Part shown: one piece after another, positions 10,041 to 19,272 of the stretch
How the letters are laid out: each line of letters begins with the position of its first letter
Numbering within the stretch: the stretch's first letter is position 1
Source: Candidatus Bathyarchaeia archaeon
GTDB lineage: Archaea; Thermoproteota; CALKCG01; B24
DNA: 64,000 nucleotides
Reading direction: 5' to 3'
NCBI GenBank assembly: GCA_038870975.1
Contig: JAVZJD010000001.1
Span: forward strand, 768,001-832,000
Notes under the pieces: model-generated
What the model was told of the DNA's origin: nothing
What the model saw: only the letters and a program-made list of their open reading frames with translations
Database searches by the model: none
Position numbers and translations under genes: made by a program

Positions 10041-10914
10041 CTTCAATGAAGCAAATAATTTCGGTGGCAATTTTAGCCGCTTGAATAGCTGTTATTCCAT
10101 TATCATAGGGAGGTGTAAATTCAACTATGTCAACAGCAACCACTTTGGTGCTACAGCTTTTCCATAGAATGTCAAGCAGTTGGGTCACAGTTAATCCCTC
10201 CGGTTCTGGGTTTGCAACTCCAGGTGCTTGAGATGGATCTAGAACATCTAAATCTATGGATATGTAGAGTCTTCTAGCGTTTCGAGTCCATTTTTCAATT
10301 TCTTCTAAAACGTCGTTTAATCTTCTATGCACATCCAAACTTGTTAAAAATACGAGTCCCGATTGTTTAGCATAATTCAATTCTTCTTCTGAAAATGCTC
10401 TAACTCCTATCTCCATAACTCTATCTACTCCCAATCTCTCGGAAATCCTCCGCATGACTGTTGCATGATTTACTTTCGAGCCTAAATATTCATCTCTAAA
10501 ATCCATATGTGCGTCAAAGCATAATACAGCTAAGTCTCCACTTCTACTTGCTGCTTCCACTGCTCCTAGAGTCAACGTATGTTCTCCTCCAAATATTATG
10601 GTTTTTAAGTCTTTAGACAACTGTTCTTCTACTACGAGGCTTAGCCTTCTAAGAGTTTCAGATAAGTCTTGAGCTATGTTGAGATTTCCCATGTCTTTAA
10701 TCGCGAGTTTTGAAGCATCTAGTTCAGCCCTCAAACTATAAGTCTCAATATTCACCGATGCTTCTCTAATGGCATTGGGTGCAAATCTTGACCCAGGTCT
10801 GAAGGTAGAGGTGCCATCGTATGGTGCTCCCAAAATAGCATACTTTGGCCTGCATACATTTTCAACTTCTAGAAACTTCAATGTCTTAGAAGTGTAGAGT
10901 TCTTCATAGCTCAT
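10021..10914 (-). CDS. speB: Agmatinase (ureohydrolase family)
   Basis: GAPYDGTSTFRPGSRFAP, GGEH, DAHMD, SIDLDVLDP, PGV..PEPEG; ATG at 10914 follows GGAGG. Confidence 0.9.
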   Translation of the reverse strand: MSYEELYTSKTLKFLEVENVCRPKYAILGAPYDGTSTFRPGSRFAPNAIREASVNIETYSLRAELDASKLAIKDMGNLNIAQDLSETLRRLSLVVEEQLSKDLKTIIFGGEHTLTLGAVEAASRSGDLAVLCFDAHMDFRDEYLGSKVNHATVMRRISERLGVDRVMEIGVRAFSEEELNYAKQSGLVFLTSLDVHRRLNDVLEEIEKWTRNARRLYISIDLDVLDPSQAPGVANPEPEGLTVTQLLDILWKSCSTKVVAVDIVEFTPPYDNGITAIQAAKIATEIICFIEAKILRF

Positions 10915-11054
10915 AGACTCGGTCCTCCGTACATCTAACAATATCACTTGTTCATAGAGTGTAGATTTGCAATAAAAACTTACATTCTCTGCCCATTGAG
11001 CTTAGAAAGCTATTTCTTTGGTTAGAATATAAATTCTACTTATTAGGTGGTAGC

Positions 11055-11936
11055 ATGAAATATGGAATTTGGACAGACTTATACGGAGACTTAGATGTAG
11101 AAACAGCATTGTCGAAATTAAGTGAACATGGTTTTAAATACGTAGAATACAGTTTCGAACACATTTTAGCAATTGAGAGAGATTACTATGAAGGATCTAT
11201 TTTTAAAAAACTCAAGGAAGTTGCTAATAGCCTAGGTATCAAAGCTCTTCAAATGCACGGTCCGAGTTTAGATTGGACTGAAACATACAGCATAGTTTGT
11301 AAAGATGAGACTATTAGAAAAATATGCGTTGAGAGAACCTGTAAATGGATAGAGTACTGCTATAAGCTAGATGTACCAGTTCTTGTTGAGCATCCAGGTT
11401 CAATGCAGGTGAAAACATTTGATGAGTTAAAAACTCTGGAGAAACTTAATATTGAAAGCTTCAGATCCATTGCTAAATTTGCGGAAGATAGGTGTATAAA
11501 AATAGCTGTTGAAAACATTTTTGACTCTAAACCTGAAAAACTCAAAGACATCCGTTTCCTAAAGTATCCAGTTAACTACGGCTCTACGATTGATGAAATC
11601 AGAACTCTATGTGAAGCCACGGATCCAGATGTGGTGGGCATCTGCCTTGATACTGGTCATGCTAATTATCAAGGGTTGAATGTAGCTGATGCTGTAAGGA
11701 AGTGTGGGGTCCTCCTATACGCTACACATATAAATGACAACGATGGATCTGGAGATCAGCATCTAGCCCCTTTGAGAGGTAGCATAGATTGGAAAAGCGT
11801 AATTGATAGCTTTAGAGGCATCGGCTACGATGGGTTGCTAAGCTTAGAAGTTCCTGGAGAAAAACACCCTAGCATTAATGTTAGAGACAACAGACTAAAA
11901 ATGTTATTAGTCATAATGGAGAATCTCCTACGATAG
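11055..11936 (+). CDS. Sugar phosphate isomerase/epimerase (xylose isomerase-like TIM barrel)
   Basis: VEHPG, AVEN, CLDTGH, HINDNDG..DQHLAP..G.IDW, SLE metal-binding motifs. Confidence 0.85.
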   Translation: MKYGIWTDLYGDLDVETALSKLSEHGFKYVEYSFEHILAIERDYYEGSIFKKLKEVANSLGIKALQMHGPSLDWTETYSIVCKDETIRKICVERTCKWIEYCYKLDVPVLVEHPGSMQVKTFDELKTLEKLNIESFRSIAKFAEDRCIKIAVENIFDSKPEKLKDIRFLKYPVNYGSTIDEIRTLCEATDPDVVGICLDTGHANYQGLNVADAVRKCGVLLYATHINDNDGSGDQHLAPLRGSIDWKSVIDSFRGIGYDGLLSLEVPGEKHPSINVRDNRLKMLLVIMENLLR

Positions 11937-12064
11937 CTGTTTGCGTAAAATGGTAACGTTGTTGCACTCAAACAATTAGAGGAGGCATGCAATGAATGAT
12001 CCTGCTTGGATAATTCAACTAAGATAAGCTTTATATGCTCTACGCGACTAGAGCATAGCCTGTT

Positions 12065-12382
12065 ATGATTGCTATGCTCTATAAGAGGCTTCTCACTATA
12101 CCTTTATGTCTAGGTCTAATCATGGTGATTTTAGGAGCATATCCAAGTATAATCCCTCACGTACTAATATTGGGAATTGTGGGTGTTTCTTCATCGATTC
12201 TACATATGAAATTTGATAAATTCTTCAAGCCTCTAATTCTCGCGACTTCTACGCTTTACTCAGTTATCTTTCTTTGGATTTCCACAATCCCGGGAAATAT
12301 CGTGGTCACAGTTTTATCATATATAGCTCTAGTGTTAACTGTGTTATCCATTATAGCCCTGCTCTTATTCAAGGAGGGCTGA
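12065..12382 (+). CDS. Small hypothetical membrane protein (about 4 TM segments)
   Basis: Highly hydrophobic 105-aa ORF ending just before lysS. Confidence 0.6.
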   Translation: MIAMLYKRLLTIPLCLGLIMVILGAYPSIIPHVLILGIVGVSSSILHMKFDKFFKPLILATSTLYSVIFLWISTIPGNIVVTVLSYIALVLTVLSIIALLLFKEG

Positions 12383-12387
12383 AAATT

Positions 12388-14025
12388 TTGACTTCACCTA
12401 TTCATTGGATAGATAAAGTGGCAGCTGACATTGAGAGGTACTGGGAGTCTAGCAGAGAAATCATATGTAATGGTGGTTTATCTGTTTCAGGACTGCAACA
12501 CGTAGGCCGTTTAAGAGGAGAGATAGTCCTCATAGATGCTGTTAGAAGAATACTTGAAGAAAATGGTAGAATAGTCCGTCACCTCCTAGTCTTATACACG
12601 CAAGATAATTGGAAAGGTAAAGATGCTCAACTTAAAGCATTTAAAAACGCAGAAGAAGCGTCAAAGTATAAAGGTTGGCGTTTAATAGACGTTCCAGACC
12701 CGAAGGACTGCCATAGAAATTGGGTTGAGCACTATTGGGAAAGCTTCGGAGATCATCTTCACGAATTCGCTAAATCCGTGGAAGTTTACACAACGACTCA
12801 ACTTTATAAGATGGACTCTATGAAGGAAGTCGTACGTGAAATCCTCTTAAAGAAGGAGGATGTTAGGGCTATCATAAACAAATACAGGGGTAGGAAACCA
12901 TACCCTGAAAATTGGATACCCTATGACCCACTTTGTGGAAACTGCCGTAGGATAGACTCAGCTGAACCGTTAGAAGTAGACTTAGAATCGTACAAAGTTA
13001 AGTATGTCTGTAGAAATTGTGGCTACGGCGACTGGTGTAGTATGGAAGATGGTAAGCTTAATTGGAGGCTTGAATGGACTGCGATTTGGAAAGCCTTAAA
13101 AGTTATGTTTGAACCATACGGTAAAGATCACGCTACACCTGGCGGGTCCAGGGATAGTTGTGTGGACCTTGCAATTAACGCGTTGAATTTTAAGCCGCCT
13201 ATTGGTGTAGCATATGAATGGGTTGGATATGTAGTTGGTGGAAAAGACCTTGGTGACATGGGGAGTAGTGATTTTATAGGTTTTACTCCTGAAGATTGGG
13301 TTAAAGTAGCTGAGCCTGAGGTTCTCAGATACTACTACATTATTAGCGATAATATGAAGAGGCTGACTTTGAGTTTAGACCAAGTATACCACTATGTTGA
13401 ATTATACGACTTTGCTGAGCGCGTATACTATGGTATTGAAAAACCTGATAAAGAGGCTTGGGAAGCGGCTCTTATGAAGAGGAGTTTTGAGCTTTCTCAG
13501 TTGAAACCCATCCCTAGGGAAATGCCTTTTCAATTGAAGTACCTTCACGCAGTTATACTTGTGCAGACTCTTCCAGAAGAAGGTTTACTTGAAAACGCTA
13601 TAAGACGGTTAAAGTCTACGGGGGTTCTACTGAAAGACCCAGATCCACTGTCTGTTTCAAGAATAGACTCTAGGTTAAAGAAGGCGTTTAATTGGCTTAA
13701 ACTCTATGCTCCCGATGAATTTCATGTTAGACTTCTGGAAAGTCTGCCCCCTCAACTTAAATCTTCTCTAAGTAGTAGAGACAAGGATTTACTTAAAAAC
13801 CTCATGGAGCTTTTTAAGCCGATTGAATGGAATGAAGAATCCATTAAAAAGACTATGATGCGTTTTACCTCTACTGTTTCAAAAAGTGAATCTCAAATGC
13901 TATTTAAAGCTCTCTATACGGTATTCTTCGGTAGGACTAGTGGCCCTAGAATTGCTCCGTATCTTGCAATGTTGGATAAGAATTGGGTTCTCAATAGACT
14001 TAAAGAAGTCACTTCTGAAGGTTAA
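12388..14025 (+). CDS. lysS: Lysyl-tRNA synthetase, class I
   Basis: HWID, SGLQHVGRLRGE (HIGH-like), CxxC pairs, GKLNWRLEW, EPYGKDH, DMGSS (KMSKS-like), SGPRI; probable TTG start at 12388 after GGAGG. Confidence 0.95.
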   Translation: MTSPIHWIDKVAADIERYWESSREIICNGGLSVSGLQHVGRLRGEIVLIDAVRRILEENGRIVRHLLVLYTQDNWKGKDAQLKAFKNAEEASKYKGWRLIDVPDPKDCHRNWVEHYWESFGDHLHEFAKSVEVYTTTQLYKMDSMKEVVREILLKKEDVRAIINKYRGRKPYPENWIPYDPLCGNCRRIDSAEPLEVDLESYKVKYVCRNCGYGDWCSMEDGKLNWRLEWTAIWKALKVMFEPYGKDHATPGGSRDSCVDLAINALNFKPPIGVAYEWVGYVVGGKDLGDMGSSDFIGFTPEDWVKVAEPEVLRYYYIISDNMKRLTLSLDQVYHYVELYDFAERVYYGIEKPDKEAWEAALMKRSFELSQLKPIPREMPFQLKYLHAVILVQTLPEEGLLENAIRRLKSTGVLLKDPDPLSVSRIDSRLKKAFNWLKLYAPDEFHVRLLESLPPQLKSSLSSRDKDLLKNLMELFKPIEWNEESIKKTMMRFTSTVSKSESQMLFKALYTVFFGRTSGPRIAPYLAMLDKNWVLNRLKEVTSEG

Positions 14026-14116
14026 AAACGCTTCTTTTTCAACGGATTTGTAAAAGAATATTAATAAATGCATATATACAAAGAACAACTGTATACATCT
14101 GTACTCAGGTGGTATT

Positions 14117-14689
14117 TTGCCTAGGAAACTTCTGGCCGCTAGGGCTGATTTGGTTGATGAATTATCTAGGATGGCCAAAGCCAGAAATCAGACTGTCTAC
14201 GGGTTTTTAAACAACATTCTTGAACAGGCTTTGAGACTCCACAAAATGGACATTAAGATTGAAGACGTTGCGAACTCCTACATGGTTATAAAGAACCTTA
14301 AAAACTTGGGTTTCATCCCCCTTCCTGAAGACTTCGCCTATAGGGCTCTAGATGGTATTATTAAAAGTAAGAGTATAGCTGACTCATTTTTTAAACTCGG
14401 TGAGTGGTATGGTAGAGTTTTAGCCGCGCAACTTCCAGATTTTAAACCGATGGAGCTCTTGAGGACTGTTATCAGTGAAATTGCTTGGACAGCTTCGGAA
14501 GTCTCGATTGTTGAAAACGGTGGTGAAATCACTGTTAGATGTATAGGTCCGAGGTTTTCAGAGTCTTATACGTTGGTTTTAGCCAGTATGATTGAGGGCT
14601 TCGCGTTCTCAATAGGCTTTAAAACGACTAAACGCTATGTGACTAGAGGTGTGATCTTTCTAAACCTTAAGAGTGAGATTAATCAATAG
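14117..14689 (+). CDS. Hypothetical protein with RHH-like N-terminus and V4R-like C-terminus (paralog 1)
   Basis: KLLAARADLVDELSRMAK..NQTV..FLN.ILE followed by F.KLGEWYG...EITVRC...IEG...GF; similar to the next ORF. Confidence 0.55.
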   Translation: MPRKLLAARADLVDELSRMAKARNQTVYGFLNNILEQALRLHKMDIKIEDVANSYMVIKNLKNLGFIPLPEDFAYRALDGIIKSKSIADSFFKLGEWYGRVLAAQLPDFKPMELLRTVISEIAWTASEVSIVENGGEITVRCIGPRFSESYTLVLASMIEGFAFSIGFKTTKRYVTRGVIFLNLKSEINQ

Positions 14690-14713
14690 TTTAGTGGGGA
14701 AAAGTGAGATATA

Positions 14714-15307
14714 ATGGTTTTACCTAAACAGTCGAAGGATAAAAAGCTTGTTTGGGTTAGAGCAGATATACTCTCCCATATAAGCCGAATAGCAAATAGA
14801 GAAGGTAAAACCATAACAACATATGTTAACGAGGTTTTAGAACAGTCGATTCGAGTTTACGATATGAAGCTCACGTTAACTGAGGTTATAGATTTATACA
14901 TGCTCACTAGGATCAGCAGGGAAGGTGGAAATCTAACAATACCTAGGGATGTAGTCAAGTACTTAATATCCAAAGTCTATAATTCGAATAGAGAAGAGCT
15001 GATGCAGATATTCTACGACACTGGCGCATGGTTTGGCAAATACATACTGGCGAGAATAGGCAGTGAAAACCTGGTAGAAAGGCTTCGGCAGATTCTATAC
15101 GTGAATATATGGGATTTAAATGAAGTTTACGTTGATAAGAATGGTAATACTATTTCGATTAGGTGTGTAGCCCCACAGCTTTCCATGGAAGAGACTGAAC
15201 TCTTAGCCTCTTATGTAGATGGTATGTTGGGTTCTATTGGTTTTAAACCAGTTGAACGTGAGGTGATAAGGGGAATAATAATGGTTAAAGTTGAGGGTGG
15301 GGTGTGA
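14714..15307 (+). CDS. Hypothetical protein with RHH-like N-terminus and V4R-like C-terminus (paralog 2)
   Basis: KLVWVRADILSHISRIANREGKTI..YVN.VLE, FYDTGAWFG, ISIRC, VDGMLGSIGF; tandem paralog of 14117-14689. Confidence 0.55.
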   Translation: MVLPKQSKDKKLVWVRADILSHISRIANREGKTITTYVNEVLEQSIRVYDMKLTLTEVIDLYMLTRISREGGNLTIPRDVVKYLISKVYNSNREELMQIFYDTGAWFGKYILARIGSENLVERLRQILYVNIWDLNEVYVDKNGNTISIRCVAPQLSMEETELLASYVDGMLGSIGFKPVEREVIRGIIMVKVEGGV

Positions 15308-16372
15308 GTGGATAATCCCACTGTACGTAAAGCACTGTTGTATGAAAGTGTCAGAGGGGGTCTTGTTAGATGCCTTCTATGCGAAAGACGCTGTTTAATA
15401 TCTGAAGGGGCTACGGGCTTCTGTGGTACGAGAATCAACATGGGTGGGTTTCTCTACACAATTGTCTACGGAGATATAAACGCGATATCTGTAAACCCCA
15501 TAGAGAAAGGTTACCCAACCGTTGGGTAGCCCTCTAGAAAGCCGCTATATCACTTCTATCCAGGGACCAAAGCCCTTACTTTCTCCACTTGGAGTTGTAA
15601 TTTTACATGTCCATGGTGTCAAAACTGGGTACTCTCAAAGTCTAAACCAGACCCATCTAAGGCGAATTACATAAGTCCTAGAGAGATGATCGATTTAGCC
15701 ATTAAAAGTGGATGTCAGGGTCTTTCAGTATCTTTTACAGAGCCTACTCTACTATTCGAGTATTCGCTTGACGTCTTTCCTCTGGCGCTAAACGCAGGAC
15801 TGTACACGAATTTTGTGAGTAATGGCTATATGACAGTTGAAGCTTTAAAAATGCTCCGCGACTCGGGTCTCCAGTCAATAAAAATAGATGTTAAAGGGGG
15901 TTTAGAAACGGTTAAAAGATTTTGCGGGGCCGACGTCTCCATAGTGTGGAGGAACGCCGAACTCGCGAAAAAGATGGGTGTACATGTTGAAATAGTTAAC
16001 CTAATAATTCCAGGTGTTAATGACGATGAAGCTACGTTGCGAGAGATTATTGAAAATCACGTTAAACGCTTAGGCGTAGAAGTTCCAATACATTTCACAG
16101 CGTATTATCCGGCGTATGAGTTTAAAGCACCACCCACGCCTGTTGAAAAGCTTGAAGAAGCCTATAGAGTTGCCAAAAGCTTCGGCGTTAAATACCCATA
16201 TATAGGTAATGTCCCAGGACATAAGTATGAGAATACTTACTGTCCGAATTGCAACCGTATCTTGATAAGGAGGTTTGGCCTGTTCAGAGTTGAAGTTAAA
16301 CTTAGGGCTGATGGTAGATGTCCAGGCTGCGGTGAACTAATCCCCATAAAACTTTGGAAAAGCAGTACTTAG
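15308..16372 (+). CDS. amrS: AmmeMemoRadiSam-system radical SAM enzyme; exons 15308-15507 and 15508+30=15538-16372, 344 aa after splicing
   Basis: N-terminal CLLCERRC...G.CG.R, NPIEK|KPLYHFYPG across the junction, CNFTCPWCQN (CX3CX2C), SFTEP, VSNGY, IHFTAYYP, YIGNVPG, ENTYCPNC, CPGCG; both halves are in the same frame, separated by a 30-nt insert with TAG. Confidence 0.9.
15508..15537 (+). other. Predicted bulge-helix-bulge mRNA intron (30 nt)
   Basis: AGAG(15502-05) pairs with CTCT(15532-35); 3-nt bulges AAA(15506-08) and AGA(15536-38); 10-bp intron stem GGTTACCCAA/TTGGGTAGCC; cutting after the second bulge nucleotides gives ATA GAG AAA AAG CCG = IEKKP. Confidence 0.85.
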
Positions 16373-17370
16373 ACTCCTGCTATACGCTGGTAGACTTCAG
16401 GCGGGTTGAAAGCGGATGCTATAGCTCCATAGAGGACTATTTCATCTTTAAGTATTGTGAGTTTCATCTCTGGAATGCGGTTTATCGAATACTCCCCCAC
16501 ATGTTGTAAGATGAAGGGTAGAATTAACTCACTATTATGTAACATAACGGAGCCTCCGACTGTTATAAGCTCTGGGTCGTAAACGTTGATTACTGAAGCA
16601 AAACCTATGGCATTTAAAACACCTATTCTCCTAACAACTTCTAAGCTGAATCGGTCGGCTTGTTTAGCAGATTCATAGATCATTCTGGCCGAGATTCTAG
16701 AGAGTTCTCCTCTAGTAAGCTTATATAGAAGGCTTTTTTCAAATCCAAATATCAAATTGTTCTCAACTAGATATTTAACATAGTTTGGTATGTTTCTACC
16801 GGAGCAATAGGCCTCCCAGTGTCCACGTCTACCACATCCACAGACAAGCCTTCCATCAAAGTCTATGACTATGTGTCCGATTTCGTGGGCATTCCCATCT
16901 TTACCTAGAAGCAGATTACCGTTAACGTAAACTCCAGCGCCTATACCCGTGCTTATCGTTATGTAGACAAGGTTTTCTACGCTTCCCCCATCCCCGTAAA
17001 ACTTTTCACCCATCACCGCGGCTACACAGTCGTTAAGTAGAACAACAGGTAATTTGAATTCTTCCTTAAGAGGCTCAACTATTGGTACGAAACCGACTCC
17101 GGGAATATTGGCGGGTTGTTCAATGCCGCCACGTTTAAGGTTGAGAGGACCTATGGATCCTATGCCTATGCCCACTACTTCTTCAAAGTTTAAATTTAGG
17201 CTCTTGCATAGGCTCTTAATCATACGAGCTATCTGACGGCTTATAGCAGTAGGATCTTGACTTCTATCCGTTTCCTCTATCAGCTTTGATAATATTCTCC
17301 CCGTTTCATCTCCAATAGCAACCCTTAGGTTTGTAGCTCCAATATCTACGCCTAAACCGTACTTCTTCAT
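16369..17370 (-). CDS. ROK family sugar kinase (glucokinase-like)
   Basis: GVDIGAT, LNDC.AA, ISTGIGAG, EIGH, CGCG..GHWEAYCSG; no N-terminal HTH. Confidence 0.9.
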   Translation of the reverse strand: MKKYGLGVDIGATNLRVAIGDETGRILSKLIEETDRSQDPTAISRQIARMIKSLCKSLNLNFEEVVGIGIGSIGPLNLKRGGIEQPANIPGVGFVPIVEPLKEEFKLPVVLLNDCVAAVMGEKFYGDGGSVENLVYITISTGIGAGVYVNGNLLLGKDGNAHEIGHIVIDFDGRLVCGCGRRGHWEAYCSGRNIPNYVKYLVENNLIFGFEKSLLYKLTRGELSRISARMIYESAKQADRFSLEVVRRIGVLNAIGFASVINVYDPELITVGGSVMLHNSELILPFILQHVGEYSINRIPEMKLTILKDEIVLYGAIASAFNPPEVYQRIAGV

Positions 17371-17528
17371 ATGGACACCAATAGTAGAAGTATTTCTTCC
17401 TAGTATTTTTCAATTGCGTCTTTTAAATATCTCCCATTGTAAGTTCAATGAAACCTCAGTAACGGCTTTAATTCATTTACTTATTATAGTTAAACTTATA
17501 TTCTATATATTATCTCAGTATTAACTGG

Positions 17529-18224
17529 ATGAGCCTAAAAGTATTTTCAACAGGGCTTCCAGCCATACCTCTCAGAGGAGCCATTAGCATTTACGAGAAA
17601 AGACATGGAGTCAGTTTTGAAGTAGTTGCAGGACCAGTCGAGCAGTGGCTTCCTGATGTTTTAGCTGGAGAAGGCGATATTGTTTCCGTGGGTGCTGAAT
17701 ATATGATGGATGATCTGCAGGAGGAACATGGCTTGATAATACCCGATACTAGAACATCAGTCGGTTATAGACGATCTGTAATAATTGTAAGGAAGGGCAA
17801 TCCTAAAAACATAAAGAAAATTGAAGATTTAGCCGAAAGAGAAGACGTTAAGATTCTAGTTTGCCGTGGGGCCTGTCAACGAGGTCTTTGGGATGATGTA
17901 TCCAGTAAAGCTATGTTGGCGGATGAAATTCGTAGGAAGATAGTTGAGTACGGAACAGGCTGTCTGGATACGTACCAAAGGTGGCGTAGAAGTGAGGGAC
18001 GTATAGATGCGGCTATAGTATGGAACGTATATGGAGTTATTTGGCCGAACGATTGTGACGTCATAGAGCTTCCTAGAGATCTTCAAGTCTATAGAAGTAC
18101 AAATGTTGCTATATTGAAATCGACCAAGGATGAAAAGTTGGCACGTATGTTCATAGATTTTCTGAGAACTAAGGACGCTAGAAGCACTTATGAGAAATGG
18201 GGCTGGGTCATACCGAAGCGCTAA
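17529..18224 (+). CDS. ModA/AcfC-like oxyanion-binding protein lacking a signal peptide
   Basis: IIVRKGNPKNIKKIEDL, GACQRGLWDDV, DAAIVW, A..FIDFL...A...YEKWGW; no hydrophobic N-terminus. Confidence 0.75.
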   Translation: MSLKVFSTGLPAIPLRGAISIYEKRHGVSFEVVAGPVEQWLPDVLAGEGDIVSVGAEYMMDDLQEEHGLIIPDTRTSVGYRRSVIIVRKGNPKNIKKIEDLAEREDVKILVCRGACQRGLWDDVSSKAMLADEIRRKIVEYGTGCLDTYQRWRRSEGRIDAAIVWNVYGVIWPNDCDVIELPRDLQVYRSTNVAILKSTKDEKLARMFIDFLRTKDARSTYEKWGWVIPKR

Positions 18225-18555
18225 GTGGGCATCCGCAGAAGGGTCTTCTCAAGCATACTACTACATTTGGTTTAAAGCTTATATAGATAGTCTTACCTAC
18301 ATTAACCTCTCTTTCAGAGGCTACATCTCTCGGTATATCTACTATGAAATAGTATTCTCCCACGGAGACTTTTGCACGGATAAAACTTCCAGTTAAAAAT
18401 AGGTCTTCAATTAGACCTTTAAACACGTTGACTCCCTCAAGTTTTTCAAAGTGAACTGTTATGTCATCAGGTCTTAAGAAGACACATACATGCTCATCTA
18501 CTTTAAAATGATCTTCAAGTGGTACAACCACTTCTAAACTTGATATAACGATACC
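18208..18555 (-). pseudogene. C-terminal TOBE/OB fragment of an ABC ATPase (5'-truncated)
   Basis: VFLRPDDI...NVFKGLIEDL...IRAKV...IYISF resembles the C-terminus of the ATPase at 25108-26181; no ATPase domain upstream; 5' boundary approximate. Confidence 0.65.
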
Positions 18556-18556
18556 T

Positions 18557-19264
18557 GAGCAAGAGATTGTGGAGCTTTTTCAGAGGAAATATCCCCACAT
18601 AACCGTAATAGCCACCTTTGGAGGCTCTGGCTCTCTTCTTTCATCGATAGAAATAGCCAAAGCTGGAGACTTGTATGTTCCAGGTTCACAGGATTACATG
18701 GAAAAAGCAATAAGAAAAGGAATTATTAAAAAAGATACGATCACGATAATAACTTATATGATCCCGGCAATTATAGTTCCAAAAGGAAACCCTAAAAATA
18801 TAACGTGTTTAGAGGATTTGGCAAAACCTGGAGTACGTATTGGGCTTGCAGATCCTGAAACAGTATGTGTCGGAGAGTACGCTGTAGATTTACTGAAATA
18901 CAATGGTTTGTGGGAGAAGGTTAAACCTAATGTAATTGTCTATGTTGAAAGCTGCTCAGCATGTGCTAACTTGCCTGTTACAAAGTCTGTAGATGCCGTA
19001 ATAGGTTGGCACGTCTTCCACTACTGGAATCCTAACGCAACAGATATAATCTGGATCAAGCCAGAGAAAGTACCTAAAATAGCCTTTATTGCTGCGGCTT
19101 TAACCGTATACGTTGAAGATGAGTATGCGGCAAGGAAGTTTTTAGAGTTTCTGGCGTCAGAAGAATCTAAAGAAATATTCCGAATGTATCATTATTTTGC
19201 AACGGTTGAAGAGGCTAAAAACTACGCCCCTAATGCTACAGTGCCACCTATAAAAGATCCATAG
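18557..19264 (+). CDS. modA: Molybdate/tungstate ABC substrate-binding protein, N-terminally truncated (signal peptide missing)
   Basis: FGGSGSLL, GDLYVPGS, IVPKGNPKNI..LEDL, DPETVCVG, DAVIGW; begins mid-domain; 5' boundary approximate. Confidence 0.75.
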   Translation, partial: EQEIVELFQRKYPHITVIATFGGSGSLLSSIEIAKAGDLYVPGSQDYMEKAIRKGIIKKDTITIITYMIPAIIVPKGNPKNITCLEDLAKPGVRIGLADPETVCVGEYAVDLLKYNGLWEKVKPNVIVYVESCSACANLPVTKSVDAVIGWHVFHYWNPNATDIIWIKPEKVPKIAFIAAALTVYVEDEYAARKFLEFLASEESKEIFRMYHYFATVEEAKNYAPNATVPPIKDP

Positions 19265-19272
19265 GTGATAAC

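Noticed and set aside
15527-15529. Pyrrolysine or amber readthrough of the in-frame TAG in amrS
   Set aside because: Readthrough would leave 10 foreign residues inside the conserved IEKKP motif, whereas BHB excision restores it exactly; no pyl genes in the window.
15308-16372. amrS as a pseudogene or as two genes
   Set aside because: Both halves retain all motifs with no other lesion; the insert has precise BHB geometry and no target-site duplication typical of a MITE.
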